Both the position numbers and the translations under genes were made by a program. This document shows, piece by piece, positions 11,806-24,979 of a stretch of DNA of 64,000 nucleotides; position 1 is the stretch's first letter; the number at the start of each line of letters is the position of its first letter. Location: contig MU058584.1 in NCBI GenBank assembly GCA_013265495.1, positions 5,586,508-5,650,507 of the forward strand, read 5' to 3'. The notes under the pieces are model-generated. The model was not told the DNA's origin, ran no database searches, and was given only the letters and a program-made list of their open reading frames with translations. This DNA comes from Vicugna vicugna. Lineage: Eukaryota.

Positions 11806-13169
11806 GTAAGAACAGCCTTAATAGCTTTAATGAGTACTGCTCTTTACACTTGGGCCTTCTACGCCTGCATATTGGAAAACTGTATTTCCTCTTGGAATGT
11901 CATTTCTTACAGCTTGTTATTTATCTAAAAAGCTTCCTCTTAAATTTCTCATTCATAGTGCCTCTAATAGAACTAGTTTATGTTGGGAACTTAAACTCTA
12001 AACCTGGTTGAAAATGAAGTATGAGGTACTTTGGATAAGAACACCTATAAGGTGTAAAGGAGGTGACAGTTACGAACTTGCAGACCAGAGATGCCTGACC
12101 ACGTCAGACTAGCTAGTAATCCTTGCTATAAGGATCATAAATTCCAAGTATTTCTGCCTATGTGTAGATAATACTCGGAATAAAGAGAATGGTGGTAAAT
12201 GTATCTGTATATTCACTGTAAGTGGAAAACTATTTATAGTGCTTGATTCTGTTTCTTTAGTCTTTAGATCTTAGTCAACATAGCCTTACCACCCTCCACT
12301 TTGTTTCTCTGTTAGATTATACATCTTTTTACTAGATGTTAGCCTTTGTGACACCATGATTAATGATTCTTACCCAAATATGTTTCTAATGTATTTAATA
12401 ATATATTATAATATATTTTTAAATAACTAATTTCAAATTAACGAAAATAGTACATATTTACTTAGAACATTTTAGAAAATACAGCAAAAATAATGAAAAT
12501 AGTATCACGTATAATTGTACCATCCTACTATAAATACATAATTATACATATTGAGTCCATTTTTGCCTTATAACTTTTTTTAGTTATTAATATTTTGCCA
12601 GGTCACAGACTATTCTATTAAAATATCATTAGTAGCAAAAGTGTTCTTCAGTGGCCTCGCCAGTACCTTTTATTGGACATTTATGTTTTAACTTTTTACA
12701 TTAAGAACATGCTTATAGACATCCTGAATTACTTCCTTAGCTTCAATTCTTAAAAGTAAAAATCCTAGAGCACAAAGACATGAATTCTTAAACATTGAAA
12801 ATGATTTAAAAATATATAAAACATTCTGTCATATTTTTTAGCAAAATTTATTGGTTTAGTTTTCTAATTTTTTGCCGTTAAGTGTTGCCTAGAGCAGTTT
12901 GTAATTTTATGGTAATTATTTGTACTCTTACAAAAAGAGGCTCAGTTTATATCCACAGGGACTACAGATTGATAAGTATATATAGAGATAGAGATAGATG
13001 TGGCCTGTATATATTATGAAACTTAAATATTTAATATCACTTTTTTATATACACTTTTAGTAATGGAGGTCCAAATTACAGGAAACACAGTTTCTCTTTT
13101 GTTTACTTTGCTACATTAAAGTCACTGACATTACTTTGAGCTTGTTGTATTGGTCATGTTTTCTTCTAG

Positions 13170-13369
13170 GTCAACCGTGAATTAAAAAAGCTGCTGGTGG
13201 CTTCGGTTGGGGATGATCTTCAGTATCACTTTGAACGTCTATCCCGTGAGAAAAATCAACTTATTTTAGAAAATGAAACCCTAGGTCGAAACATAGCTCA
13301 ACTTTCTGAACAGTTAGAACGCATGTCAATACAGTGCGACGTGTGGCGAAGTAAATTCCTCGCGAGCAG
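13170..13369 (+). CDS. BLZF1: BLZF1 coding exon 3 (VNRELKKLLVASVGDDLQYHFE...KFLASR)
   Basis: ttctag| acceptor, AG|gtattt donor, 200 nt, coiled-coil segment of Golgin-45. Confidence 0.97.
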
Positions 13370-15166
13370 GTATTTTCTTCTTTAAATAGTATTTCATTTC
13401 CTAGTTTTTGCTCTATCAGATCTTTGAACCATAATGCAGGAAAATAGATTGGAGTGTGAAAATGTCTTACTCAGATTGTCAAAGTACCTCATGTATTATT
13501 TAAGATGCGGACTCTCCCTTCTCTGGATGGTCCCAGCGTCTCCTTAAATGGAAAAGTGATAGCATAAAGATCCTCTCTCATTCCAGAATTCTGAGTTATT
13601 CTTTCTTCTATAGTGGAAATCACTCCTACTACAATATTTAAGACCAAAGCAAAACTGTAAATTCAGATATCTAATAAATACTAAAATATTTAAAAAAAAA
13701 TTTTTTTCCCTACCTTCTATCTGGAGAACTCAAATATCATTGCCACTCCATAAAGTAATATTATTTGTCCTTCATGCTCTGTTCTCATAGCTCACTTAGC
13801 TACATCATAGAGCTTCCTAACCTTTTCTCTCCATGCACAGATAGAAAATGCTAACATCTGTACAGCGTACTGGATGAGGCTACTTTCCAACGGAGGAGAA
13901 CCCCAGGGCCCTAGTCCAGGCCCAGGGACATACTGGTAGTTGGGAAGCTCTCATATATTATGAGTCTTTGTTTATTTACCTCCTCCCTCCAATGTTAAGT
14001 TACTGGAGAATAGGATCTGGGTGTTATCCACCTATGTATTTCCAGTGCTTTGCCAAGTGCTTCTCATGTAATAGTTTAATAACTATTGATTTAAATTTAA
14101 TCATTTGGAGATTTCTCACAAAACACCAAAGGTTTATAGGCTATACCTTAAGAACCACTGATTGTAATGAATAAATTTTTAGGGAATCATTTCTTCATGT
14201 CTTAATATCTGTGATACTATCTAGTAATTTATTACCCTCTTGAAATAATTTGTTTCTAATTGTGCTAATATAGGATGCTATTTGGAGAAATTCACTGTTT
14301 ATTGACTTAGAATAACTGTTTATTCTCATTGAACAGTTTGAGGCAAATCATGCACATATTGTACAGATTACTTTTTTTTATTTAACATTCACATCAATGC
14401 TGATAGTAACATTCTAAGGGCAATAATAATTAAACCCAACTTCACTGATATTTTAGTTGATTTAATCTTCCAGTATCTAAATTATTTTCATTTTAAGGAA
14501 TTCAATGGCTACTTTGGTCAGAGTCTTTAATTTTAGTTTTAAGATTTTTGGTTGATAAAAAATACTTGAAAATTTTGCTTCGGTTTCATCAATAGAGAGA
14601 ATTGGTTAAATAAATTTTGGTACATCCAATCAGAAGAAAACATGAAGCTGTTTATTTTTTTTAAAAGCTCTCTGTGTGCTAATACGAAAAAGTCACCGAG
14701 ATAAATTATTAGGTGAAAAAAGCAAACTATAGGAAAGTCTCTATTAAATAATCCCTTTTTTGTAAATAAAATGAATATATTTTAACACATACTTTAATGT
14801 TATTGTACACATATATTATTTTTTTCTAGAAAAATGTATTGGATACTTTATTGATTACTGATTATAAAAGGAGGGGGATCCTGGATAAGAGGAAAAACTT
14901 AGTTTTCCTTTTATAAAAGCTTCCTATATTACTTTAATATTTTTCTAAGGACAAAGAGGTAATTGAATGGTAGAAAATAATAATTTTTAGTTTTCTATAC
15001 AATTTTCTGTGTTTAAAAATATTTAATTAATGTCATTTTTTCCAAAATTTGATTAATCTAGAGTAAACTTAAAGCACGTTCCAAAGGCTTTATATAAGAA
15101 AGTTAATTGTCATTTTGTAAACAAATATTTTAATTGAGTCCCTTTAATGAGTTCTAAGCTCATAAA

Positions 15167-16205
15167 CTTTTTATTTTATTTTATTTTTTGCATGTATCTT
15201 TCTGAACTCATGTTTTTGGTTTTTTATTATTTATTTTTAAACTTTTTTTTTAATTGAGTTATAGTCATTTTACAATGTTGTGTCAAATTCTAGTGTAGAG
15301 CACAATTTTTCAATTATACATGAACATATATATATATTCATTGTCACATTTTTTTTCACTGTGAGCTACCATAAGACCTTGTATATATTTCCCTGTGCTA
15401 TACAGTATAAATAATCTTGTTATTCTACAGTTTGAAATCCCAGTCTGTCCCTTCCTACCCTCCACCCCCTTGGCAACCACAAGTTTGTATTCTATGTTTG
15501 TGAGTCTGTTTTTGATTTGTATTTATTTATTCATTCATTCATTCATTTATTTATTAGATTCCACATATGAGCGATCTCATATGGTACTTTTCTTTCTCTT
15601 TCTGGCTTACTTCATTTAGAATGACATTCTCCAGGAACATCCATGTTGCTGCAAATGGCGTTATGTTGTTGGTTTTTATGGCTGAATAGTATTCCACTGT
15701 ATAAATATACCACATCTTCTTTATTCAGTTATCTGCTGATGGACATTTAGGCTGTTTCTATGTCTTGGCTATTGTAAATAATGCTGCTATGAACACTGGG
15801 GTGCAGGTGTCATCCTGAAGTAGGGTTCCTTCTGGATATATGCCCAGGAGCAGGATTCCTGGGTCATATGGTAAGTCTATTCCTAGTCTTTTGAAGAATC
15901 TCCATACTGTTTTCTACAGTGGCTTCACCAAACTGCATTCCCATCATCAGTGTAGGAGGGTTCCCTTTTCTCCACAGCCTCTCCAGCATTTGTCATTTGT
16001 GGACTTTTGAATGATGGCCATTCTGACTGGTGTGAGGTGATACCTCATTGTAGTTTTGATTTGCATTTCTTTGATAATTAGTGATATTGAGCACTTTTTC
16101 GTATGCCTATTGATCATTTGTATGTCTTCCTTGGAGAATTGCTTGTTTAGGTCTTCTGCCCACTTTTGGATTGGGTTGTTTGTTTTTTTCTTATTAAGTC
16201 ATATG
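15167..16205 (-). mobile_element. Young lineage-specific L1, 5'-truncated (ORF2 end plus 3'UTR)
   Basis: Typical L1 3' sequence; TSD taagctcataaa at 15155-15166 and 16206-16217; poly-T tail on the left. Confidence 0.92.
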
Positions 16206-16375
16206 TAAGCTCATAAAAATTTTAAATGGTTTTTAGTGAAGATTTAAAAACTGAGAAATCATTTGACAACATTAAATCTTTTTTGTGAGTTTTCAAAAAA
16301 TGACAGTCACAAAGGTAGTATGTTAACTTCTTTACATTTCAGAGAATTTATAAGTAAGATTTTAATCTTTTCTAG

Positions 16376-16504
16376 GGTTATGGCAGATGAGTTAACCAAC
16401 TCGAGAGCGGTTTTACAGCGTCAAAACCGTGATGCACAGAGTGCCATACAGGATCTCCTGAGTGAACGGGAACAGTTTCGTCAGGAAATGCTATCTACCC
16501 AGAA
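16376..16504 (+). CDS. BLZF1: BLZF1 coding exon 4 (VMADELTNSRAVLQRQNRD...STQK)
   Basis: tctag| acceptor, AA|gtatgg donor, 129 nt, phase 2-2. Confidence 0.96.
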
Positions 16505-16739
16505 GTATGGCACTTGTTTACATTCTGAACTCTTCTACTTTCTCCTGCAATATTTGTTATTGAGATAGCTCTTTAGTATTTATACATTTAATAACTTATG
16601 GAGCACATACTTTGAGTAGCATTTTAAGATAGATGCCCAAGGGAAGGAGGAAGACTAAGAAAACAGAAGGCTTGCCCCTTATATTCTTAACTGGGGAGAG
16701 AACTAGTTATATCTGTAATAGAAGAAACCTCTGGATTTA

Positions 16740-17390
16740 AAAGTAGGTTTTGGTTGTACTTGTAGCAGTATAATCAGGGAAAAAATAGATACACATGACG
16801 AGCATCATGGATGAGGAGAAGCATACACTGCAGATTCCATAGACATAGAAAGGTATTAATGGGATATTATAAATGACTCTGTGCCAGTCAATTCAACAAC
16901 TCAAATGGACAAACTCCTTAAAAGACACAAACTACCAAAGAGTATTAAAGAACAGATAACCTATTAAAACAATTGAATTTATAGTTAAAGACCTCCTAAG
17001 AAGGGAAACTCCAGCCTACATGGATCCACTGGTAGATACTAACAAACATCTAAGGAAAAAATAAAACCAAATTTACACAAACTTGTTTTAGAAAATAAAG
17101 AAGGGAACAATTTCCAACTCATTTTATGAGGCCAGCATCATCTTAATACCAAAACCAGACAGGCATTATAAGAATATAAGGCCAATATCTCTAATGGAAC
17201 ATAGATGCAAAAATCCTTAACAGAATTTTAGTAAATCAAATCTAAGAATATATAAAAAGGTTTATACATCATGGCCAAGTATTTTTTATCCCAGGAATTA
17301 AAAGTTGGTTTATCATTTAAAAATCAACCAATGTAACTCACGAAAAAAAAAATTGATATATACTGTATGATTATCTCAATAAATGCACAA
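16740..17390 (+). mobile_element. Old L1 ORF2 fragment
   Basis: Degenerate ORF2 motifs (ccaactcattttatgaggccagcatc...ataccaaaaccagac). Confidence 0.85.
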
Positions 17391-17414
17391 ATCAAATCAG
17401 TCATTCTGTAGTAT

Positions 17415-17500
17415 GGGAGGTGGGTATAGCTCAGTGATAGAGTGCATGCTTAGCATGCACGAGGTTCTGGGTTCAACCCTCACTAAAAAAAACAAACAAG
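17415..17500 (+). mobile_element. tRNA-Ala-derived SINE, short copy
   Basis: gggtatagctcagtgatagagtgcatgcttagcatgcacgaggttctgggttcaa plus A tail. Confidence 0.85.
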
Positions 17501-17766
17501 TTTCTAGTAGTTCTATAATACTGTATGAGTATAGTAGTATACCTATGCTAAAATATGGTAGCCAAAAAAAGTCCTATTTGTTGAGTGATTTCCAGATAAC
17601 CATAAGATTGATAAGTGCTTTAATCTAAGTTATTTTATCAGACTTACTGACTTATTGAACTGTGAGAGAAAGATAGGGGAGAAAGATACTGTAGGATTTC
17701 AGAAACATGTTTCTCATTTATTCAGCATCCTTGCTAATGTTCAGTGTTCACGTGTGTTCTCTGCAG

Positions 17767-17986
17767 ACTGTTAGAAGAGCTCTTAGTCTCCTTGCAGTGG
17801 GGAAGAGAACAGACTTACTACCCCAGCGCACAGCCGCACAGCACAGCAGAACTAGCATTAACGAATCACAAGTTGGCAAAAGCAGTAAAGTCTCACCTTC
17901 TGGGAAATGTTGGCACTAATGGTCAAAAAAAGATTCCATCAACAGTTGAATTCTGTAGCACCCCAGCAGAAAAAATGGCTGAAACG
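17767..17986 (+). CDS. BLZF1: BLZF1 coding exon 5 (LLEELLVSLQWGREQTY...EKMAET)
   Basis: ctgcag| acceptor, ACG|gtaaag donor, 220 nt. Confidence 0.96.
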
Positions 17987-18399
17987 GTAAAGTATTTCTC
18001 TTTCATGATCTGTGGAACTTCTAAGTCCATACTGAACGGTGACATGTAATAATAGAAAGTGCTTGGCATTGGGAGTTAGGAAATATGGGATCAGAACCTG
18101 ATGCTCATGCTGATGAGCAAGTGATCTTGGAGAAAATTTTTATCTCCTCTGAGCTTTAGTTTTCTCAAACATAATTACTCTATTCTTAAAGAGAAAAACT
18201 GTAATTGCCTATTTTTTAGCTACAGAATCAGTGATAATCCTTTTCTTGAGCTCATTTTGATATGAAAACCACTAAAAATTTTAAATTTAGTAATAATGAG
18301 TAGATAATTGTTTATTTCTCATCTTAGACATTATTTGTTTTTCCCACAGAGATGGGAATGTGCCAAATACTGCAGAATCAATTAATATAGACCTGGGAC

Positions 18400-21260
18400 C
18401 CACAGTCCTGGGTGAATTCAGGGTTCATGCATATGACCTGTCAAATACTGTGGACTCACAGCCCTACAACCACACCAAATTCACTTTCATTACACTCGAT
18501 GTCCGATTCCCATGTCCCCATTATAGGACTTGTCATTAACCAGAACTTTTCTACTTTTAAAGTCTTCAGCTCACATCTCTCTTTCCATGATCTGTGATCT
18601 CAACTTTTCTTCCCAGCTCTAATTCTTTAATTCTGAATACCCGTGTTCCTTGATCACATCGTAATTTTTATTCCCTTGATCCCTGCATGTTTTCTTCATC
18701 TCATCAGCTCACCCTCCTGGCCGCTTTTCCTGCCATAGCTTGCCTAGACTACATTCCTAAGTGCCTTTCTCCCTTATCCTTCTCTCGGTTACCCTGAAAA
18801 TCCCACTCCTGTGTCACTTCAGCTGCTTACCTTCTTTGTTTCTGTATTCATCCAACTGTTACCCAGATTCAGCAGATGACTTTGGCTTCTAATTTACAGA
18901 AGAAAAAGAGGGCAGAGGCAGAAAATTCCTTCAAGGTCCCAATTGGCATCTAGAAGCTTAGCTGTATGGCAACCAGCCTTCCATTTATTTCTCTCACTGG
19001 AGAAGGTTCCGCTCCTCCTCTCCAGCCGCAGCACTCCCTCCAGGCTCAGCAGGCCTCCTACCAACAGTTACTTACCTCTGTTGGCCCCTTCCTCTTGGCT
19101 TAAGAACATGCCCAGTGTCTCCCATGTAAACAAGAAGAGTGTTCCCTCTATCCCAAGTTCTCTGTATATGGCCTTATCACCTTCCCTTCACACCAAGGCT
19201 CATGAACAAGTTGTCCATACTTATGTCCACTTACATACCATCCATTCCTCACCTCCTGCCATTGCTTATCAGTCAACTTCCAGTTCCACTGTTCTCAAAA
19301 AGTACTCTTAGAAAGGTCATGAATGTTTAAATACTTTGTCATGTCTTACTGTATCTAGCATGGCTTCCTTGATACTCCCTTTACTTATGTGACATTAGTC
19401 CTTCCTGAACCTCATGCTGCCTCTCTGAACTCTTCACAGACTTTTTTCTCCTTTAAATGGTGATATCCCATAGGAACCTGTTCCCTGTTTTTCAAACTCC
19501 CTCAGTTTCTGCAATGTCATACCCTCCCAGCTCTCCCTACCTCTGTGAGCATTCTTTCTCAGTATCTGAGGGGAGGGGGGCATCCTCTTCCTGTGCCTAC
19601 TCTTGAGTCTTTCCTTACATGACATGCTTTCTACATTCTCTAGGGATTATCCTAACCCCAGAGCTTTATGCATGTGACTTCTTAGCAGTTTCCAATGTAG
19701 TATAGTCATTTCTCAGTAGATAGTGGCTGTCATTTTTATTATTGCCTTCATTCCCCTAATCCTGTTGCCTTTACAAATCCTATCAGTTCATTCTAATTTA
19801 TCCCCTCTCCCAAGTTCAAACACCTGATCTACACACTAGACTTTAGCAACAGCCTCCTCACCAATGTTCCTGCCTTGCTTTTTACCTGCATCCAGGCCAT
19901 CCTCTCCTGGCCAGAGAGTTTTTATATATAGCTACAACTGAATAACTATGCTGTACACCAGAAATGAACACAACATTGTAAATCAACTATACTTCAGTTT
20001 AAAAAAAAAAAAAAACAATTTCATCATCTCGGTACTCCTGTTCAGAGGGCTCCCAGTCTCCATTATTGAATCTGAATTATTTCATGTTGTTCAGAAGGCT
20101 TCTCATAATCTTTATTCCATCTCCCCTTCTCTGAGATCTTTTCCCAGGTGTCCCCGCCCGCTGCACTTCATGTGCCAGCGGTGTTAACCACTCTCATTCG
20201 ATGGGTACACCACTGTATCTCATGTCTCTGTACACACTCCCAGCATCTCTCTCCTGGCCCAACCACTATACTGCCTTTAAGAATCAGCCTTCCCTGAATC
20301 CCACAAGCAAACCTAGATGCTCCTTCCTGCAGGTTTCCATTGCACTTTGTACATATATCTGGTATAGGTCTTTATTGTGTTAAGTTGCAATTGGATTCCC
20401 CATGTCTCTCCCAAACTGTAAGCTCCTTAAGGGTGCGCACTGTGTCTTATGTTTCCTTGAGGTCTGGCATAAACCTTTGTACACAGTAGGTGCTCAGCTA
20501 CTTACTGAATGAATCAGTTCTTAAAACTAAACTCATCATCTTCATTTAAAACCCTGTTTCTCCTTTTCTATTCTTTTTGTTGGGAGATTACATGGCTGCC
20601 TACTCAGTTTCAGGCAGTAGCATTTGGTATAATTACTCCTGATTCCCTGAAACACTCTCTTCCCTTGGCTTATGTAACGCTACACCCTCTTGGCTCTTCT
20701 CTTTTCTCTGACCATTGTGTTTCACTGTACAATGCTGGGTAGCCTCAGGACTTGGTCTAGATCCCCTTCTTCTCCCAATCTTCTATCCACCATATATTGT
20801 CTCACTGAACAAAACTGACAGACAGTCCTATTTCCTTAGTGTCTCTTGGACCTTTCAGCCACATTGCTTCAAGGTGACCATTTTTTAGCTAGATTATTGC
20901 AGTAAACTCACTTTCTCTGTTTCCCTATGTCTGCTTTCATGCCCACCCCTTCCCTCATCCATCAGTTGTGTATAGAGCCATCTCTCTGAAAGGCATCCTG
21001 CCTAAAATCCTTCCATCTCACCTTCAGGCTAAAATCTAAGTGTTCTATCTATGCTGGTATCTCAGTCTCCTTTCACTGTATTCCTTTGGCATTTTGCTTC
21101 TCTCTCTAAGGGCATGTAACGTAATAACATATATAGAATACTGGGATACTTTTCTTATTTCCCCTTCCAAATTTATATGCAACTTTAAGATAAGCATATG
21201 ATCTTTGTTTGTCCTCTAGCACCTAACCAAGTTTCCATAAAATTGGAAGCATCTCAGAAA
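18400..21260 (+). mobile_element. Degraded L2 block in the last BLZF1 intron
   Basis: C/T-rich L2-like sequence with an L2 3' end at about 20410-20515 (ctgtaagctcctt...acagtaggtgctcag...tgaatgaat). Confidence 0.65.
19926..20015 (+). mobile_element. Very short L1 3' terminus with poly(A)
   Basis: gctgtacaccagaaatgaacacaacattgtaaatcaactatacttc plus an A run; resembles cetartiodactyl-type L1 3' ends. Confidence 0.7.
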
Positions 21261-22249
21261 CTAAATTGAAAATAGCAGTAATCCAGTAGAAAAATAGAGG
21301 TCCTGAAATGGAAAGGTGCCTCTTAAATGATGCCAGGACATTCTTAAATTAACTGTGGCTCTTTGGGTACATTGGTGACTTAGAAAGAAAAAAACCTGCT
21401 GGACAGAATGAATGCTGGGGAAACAGGCATCTCCACCCATTTCTAAAAGCTCTTTTGAATAAGACTTACTTAGAAAGAGAGAAAGCTCTTCCCCCACTGC
21501 TTTTCCCAGTTCCTTTCCAATTGCAGTGCCCATCTCCTTCACAACATAACCGATCCTCCTCGTATAATGATGGTTGGGAGAATATGAACATGAGAAACAG
21601 GAGTTATAAGCCAGACATGTTATCCTGGCCCTTAATCAGAGAATTTTTTCAAACCAAGAGTTCCTCCTGTTGTGGGTCTCAGTAAAGGAATAACGGGAAA
21701 AGTCAGAGCAGAAGAATTCAGAGTATGGTTTCCATGAATCCAGAAATAAAAACACGATTGTTAGCATAAAATAACTGCATATAAATTAGGAGAAATGAAA
21801 AGGCATTGATTTTACAAGTAAATGATTGAAAACTTTGAAATAATATTTCAGTAGACAAATGAAGGAAGAATCCCCGTTCTAAGCAGTTCAGTGAAGGACT
21901 AACGGAGGAAGTTAGTGGGTACTTTCCAGTTAAGGATAAAAGTCAACATGATGTAAGGTAGAATTGATATAACCTTATTTTCTTCTATGTTTTCATATAT
22001 CTTCATCAGTTTCCATAAACATTAATTTCATTTTTAAAAATAGTAACCTAGGTAATAAAGTAACTAGACATCACTGTTACATTTAGAGCTTTTTGAGAAA
22101 AGGCATTAAGTTCTCTAATCAATCAAATTCATCAAATGTTATTTTTTATCATAGTTACACATTAATGAAATAGAACTTACTGGTATTTATACGTCAATAA
22201 AACTAAGTCCCTATCACACACATCTGACATTACCTCTTATTTTCCTTAG

Positions 22250-22435
22250 GTTCTACGTATTTTGGATCCAGTTACGTGTACAGAAAGCTCACCTGATAAT
22301 CCATTTTCTGAGTCTTCACCAACCACCTTACTTGCTACAAAGAAAAATATTGGACGATTTCATCCCTATACTAGATACGAAAATGTAACTTTCAATTGCT
22401 GCAATCACTGCCAGGGAGAACTTATTGCCCTTTAA
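22250..22435 (+). CDS. BLZF1: BLZF1 last coding exon (VLRILDPVTC...YENVTFNCCNHCQGELIAL*), GRASP55-binding C-terminus
   Basis: ccttag| acceptor; manual translation ends at TAA 22433-22435; total CDS 1206 nt = 401 aa plus stop. Confidence 0.97.
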   Translation, partial: VLRILDPVTCTESSPDNPFSESSPTTLLATKKNIGRFHPYTRYENVTFNCCNHCQGELIAL

Positions 22436-22791
22436 CATTCAACGTGTTGGAAGCACACTACAGGCACTTGCTTGTTACCCAAGAGTCATTATTATTTGGG
22501 AGCTGGGGTTCTTTTAATGCTAAAAGGATTATCACTTTCTATTTAAATAATATATATCCCTATAGATATTTCATGTACTGGACTCCAGATTACCCTTTCT
22601 TAATAAACATCTCAGGGTAAGAAAAGAATGAAACTGCACAGACATATTTAAAGTAGAGAATACTTTCCAGGCATTACATGATGGTTTTCCTAAAGGACTA
22701 AAAGAAAAAGATTGTATACCTTTCTTTTAGGCCCAAATGTATTGTTTCTCTTGCTATCCATTTTACATGGGCAGACTTAGTTTGTACTCCA

Positions 22792-22975
22792 CAGCAAAGA
22801 CTGGCAGACTGCAGCCTGAGTCACATGCAGCCATGCCCATTCATTTGCTGTTGTCTAAGGTTGTTTTTTTTGTGCTACAGCAGCAGAACTGAGTACACAC
22901 AGCAGGCTCTGTGGGGCCAGCAAAGCCTAAAATATTTATTGTCTGGCCCTTTACAGAAGAAGGTTTCTGACCCTC
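22792..22975. mobile_element. MER58A-like hAT element in the probable BLZF1 3'UTR
   Basis: caaagcctaaaatatttattgtctggccctttacagaagaaggtttctgaccc. Confidence 0.8.
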
Positions 22976-23605
22976 TCTCTAAAGTAAAAGTTGCTGGCAA
23001 GGGTTGGGGAAGGAGTGAGGGAGGAGTCCTTTCCCTTTTTGGTGATTTTGTGCCAGGGCTACAAAAGAGGCTTATGGAAATACTATGGTGAGGGGACTAT
23101 TTTAAAAATAAGTGCTATGTGTTAGGAAAATTTAAAGTATTTTAGAGCCACATTAACAAATGTTTGAGCAAAACATGTTCTCATGTTGGTTTTCGCAGGG
23201 GATTCCGTATTTTCAATGGATGCCACTTGATATGTAGAAGAAACATTTTAACTATTGAGCTCATTTTGGCAAATACAACACAACAGGAATATCCAATTTG
23301 ATACTTAGGAAATAGGGTGGAGAAAGTAGGACCTTCCTAAAACTTGTACAGACTCAAAACTGCAATTCAGTTTTTACTATGTAATATATATTATTATTTA
23401 TTTATGCTGGGTTATCATAAAATATCCTTTTATTGGCCTTTAAAAATGTCCACAAAATGTTTATGCCAAATTACTATAATTAGCTGCAGAAGTACTTCTC
23501 AGAAAAGAAATTCTTAAAAGACAAATCTGGTCAGATAACAATTTTAGTATCAACTTAATGATATTTTATTTGGTCTGATTCATCTGAGTTATAGTTTGAA
23601 GTGGC

Positions 23606-23611
23606 AATAAA
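23606..23611 (+). terminator. Probable distal BLZF1 polyadenylation signal (proximal candidate AATAAA at 22602-22607)
   Basis: AATAAA followed by T-rich and GT-rich downstream sequence, just before an L1 block begins. Confidence 0.55.
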
Positions 23612-23734
23612 ATTCTCTACCTTCTTCAGTTTGAATATTGATTTTTTTCCCCCCAGAATGATGTGGTTTAGTTCAAGTCTTCATCCAGCTTATACCATTT
23701 ACAACTGATTCTTCAGCCTTTCCTTTAGGTTTAC

Positions 23735-24820
23735 CTAGTATAAAAATTGGAAAATAACATAGAGAAAAATCTTTATAACATTGAATTTGGCAGTGATTTC
23801 TTGGATATGACACCAGAAGTACAGGCAACAAAAGAAAAAAATAAACTTCATGAAAAATATAACCTCTGCAAAGCAAAATAAACAACAGAATGAAAAGGCA
23901 TCCTACAGAATAGGGGAAGATATTTGCTAATCAGGTATCTATTAAGAGTCTCATATCCAGAATAAAGAAGTACAACCCAACATCCAAAATACAACCCAAC
24001 TGAAAAATGGGCAAAGGAATAGACATTTCTCCTAAAAAGATATACAGATGGCAAGTAAGTACATCAAAAGATGCTCAGCATCATTAATCACTAGGGAAAT
24101 GCAAAATGACATTACTTCACATCCATTAGAATGGCTGTTATCAATAAAGCAAAATAACAAGTGTTGGCACAGATGTGGAAAAATTGGGACCCTTGTTCAT
24201 TACTGGTGGGAATGTAAAATGGTGCAGCCACTATTGAGAACAGTATGGAAGTTCCTCAAAAAACACAGAATTACTTTATGATCCAGCAATTCCACTTCTA
24301 GGTAGATAGCCAAAAGAACTGAAAGCAGGGACTTAGATGTGTATTTGTATACTAATGTTCATAGCATTATTCACAATAGCCAAAGGTAGAAGTAACACGT
24401 GTACTTTGATCAATGTGTAGAAAAGCAAAATGTGGTATATACATGCAACAGAATATTATTCAGCCTTAAGAAAGAATAAAATTTTCATATATTCTACAGC
24501 ATAGATGAACTTTTAAAACACTACACTGAGATAAATCAGAAACAAAAGAACAAATAGTGTATGATTCCACTTAATCAAGTACCTGAAATAATCAAATTCA
24601 CAGAGGCAGAAAGTAGAACAGTAGTTTTGTGGGGTTAAAGGAAGGCAGAATGGAGAGGTTTTGTTTATTAGGTAGAATTTCAGTTTGAGATACTGAAAAA
24701 TTCTGGAAATGGATAATGGTGATGGTTGCACAACATATAAATATACTTAAAGACACTAAATTCTACATTTAAAAAATAGTCAAAATGATCAATCTCACAT
24801 ATATTTTACTAACTTAAAAA
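23735..24820 (+). mobile_element. Old L1 (L1MB-like) ORF2 end plus 3'UTR
   Basis: Remnant ORF 24048-24281 (CW..CGK.GTLVHYWWECKMVQPL) and a typical 3'UTR. Confidence 0.88.
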
Positions 24821-24979
24821 CAGAAACAAGAAGTTATACCTACACTCTTGTAACCCAAACTAATGGCACACTTCTGTAACTGTTGATTTGAGAGTGTCAA
24901 TAGTAATAATAAAGATAACAGTTAACTGAACAAAAGAGAGAGGAAGAGACAATGACTTCATATCAACAACCAAACAACA

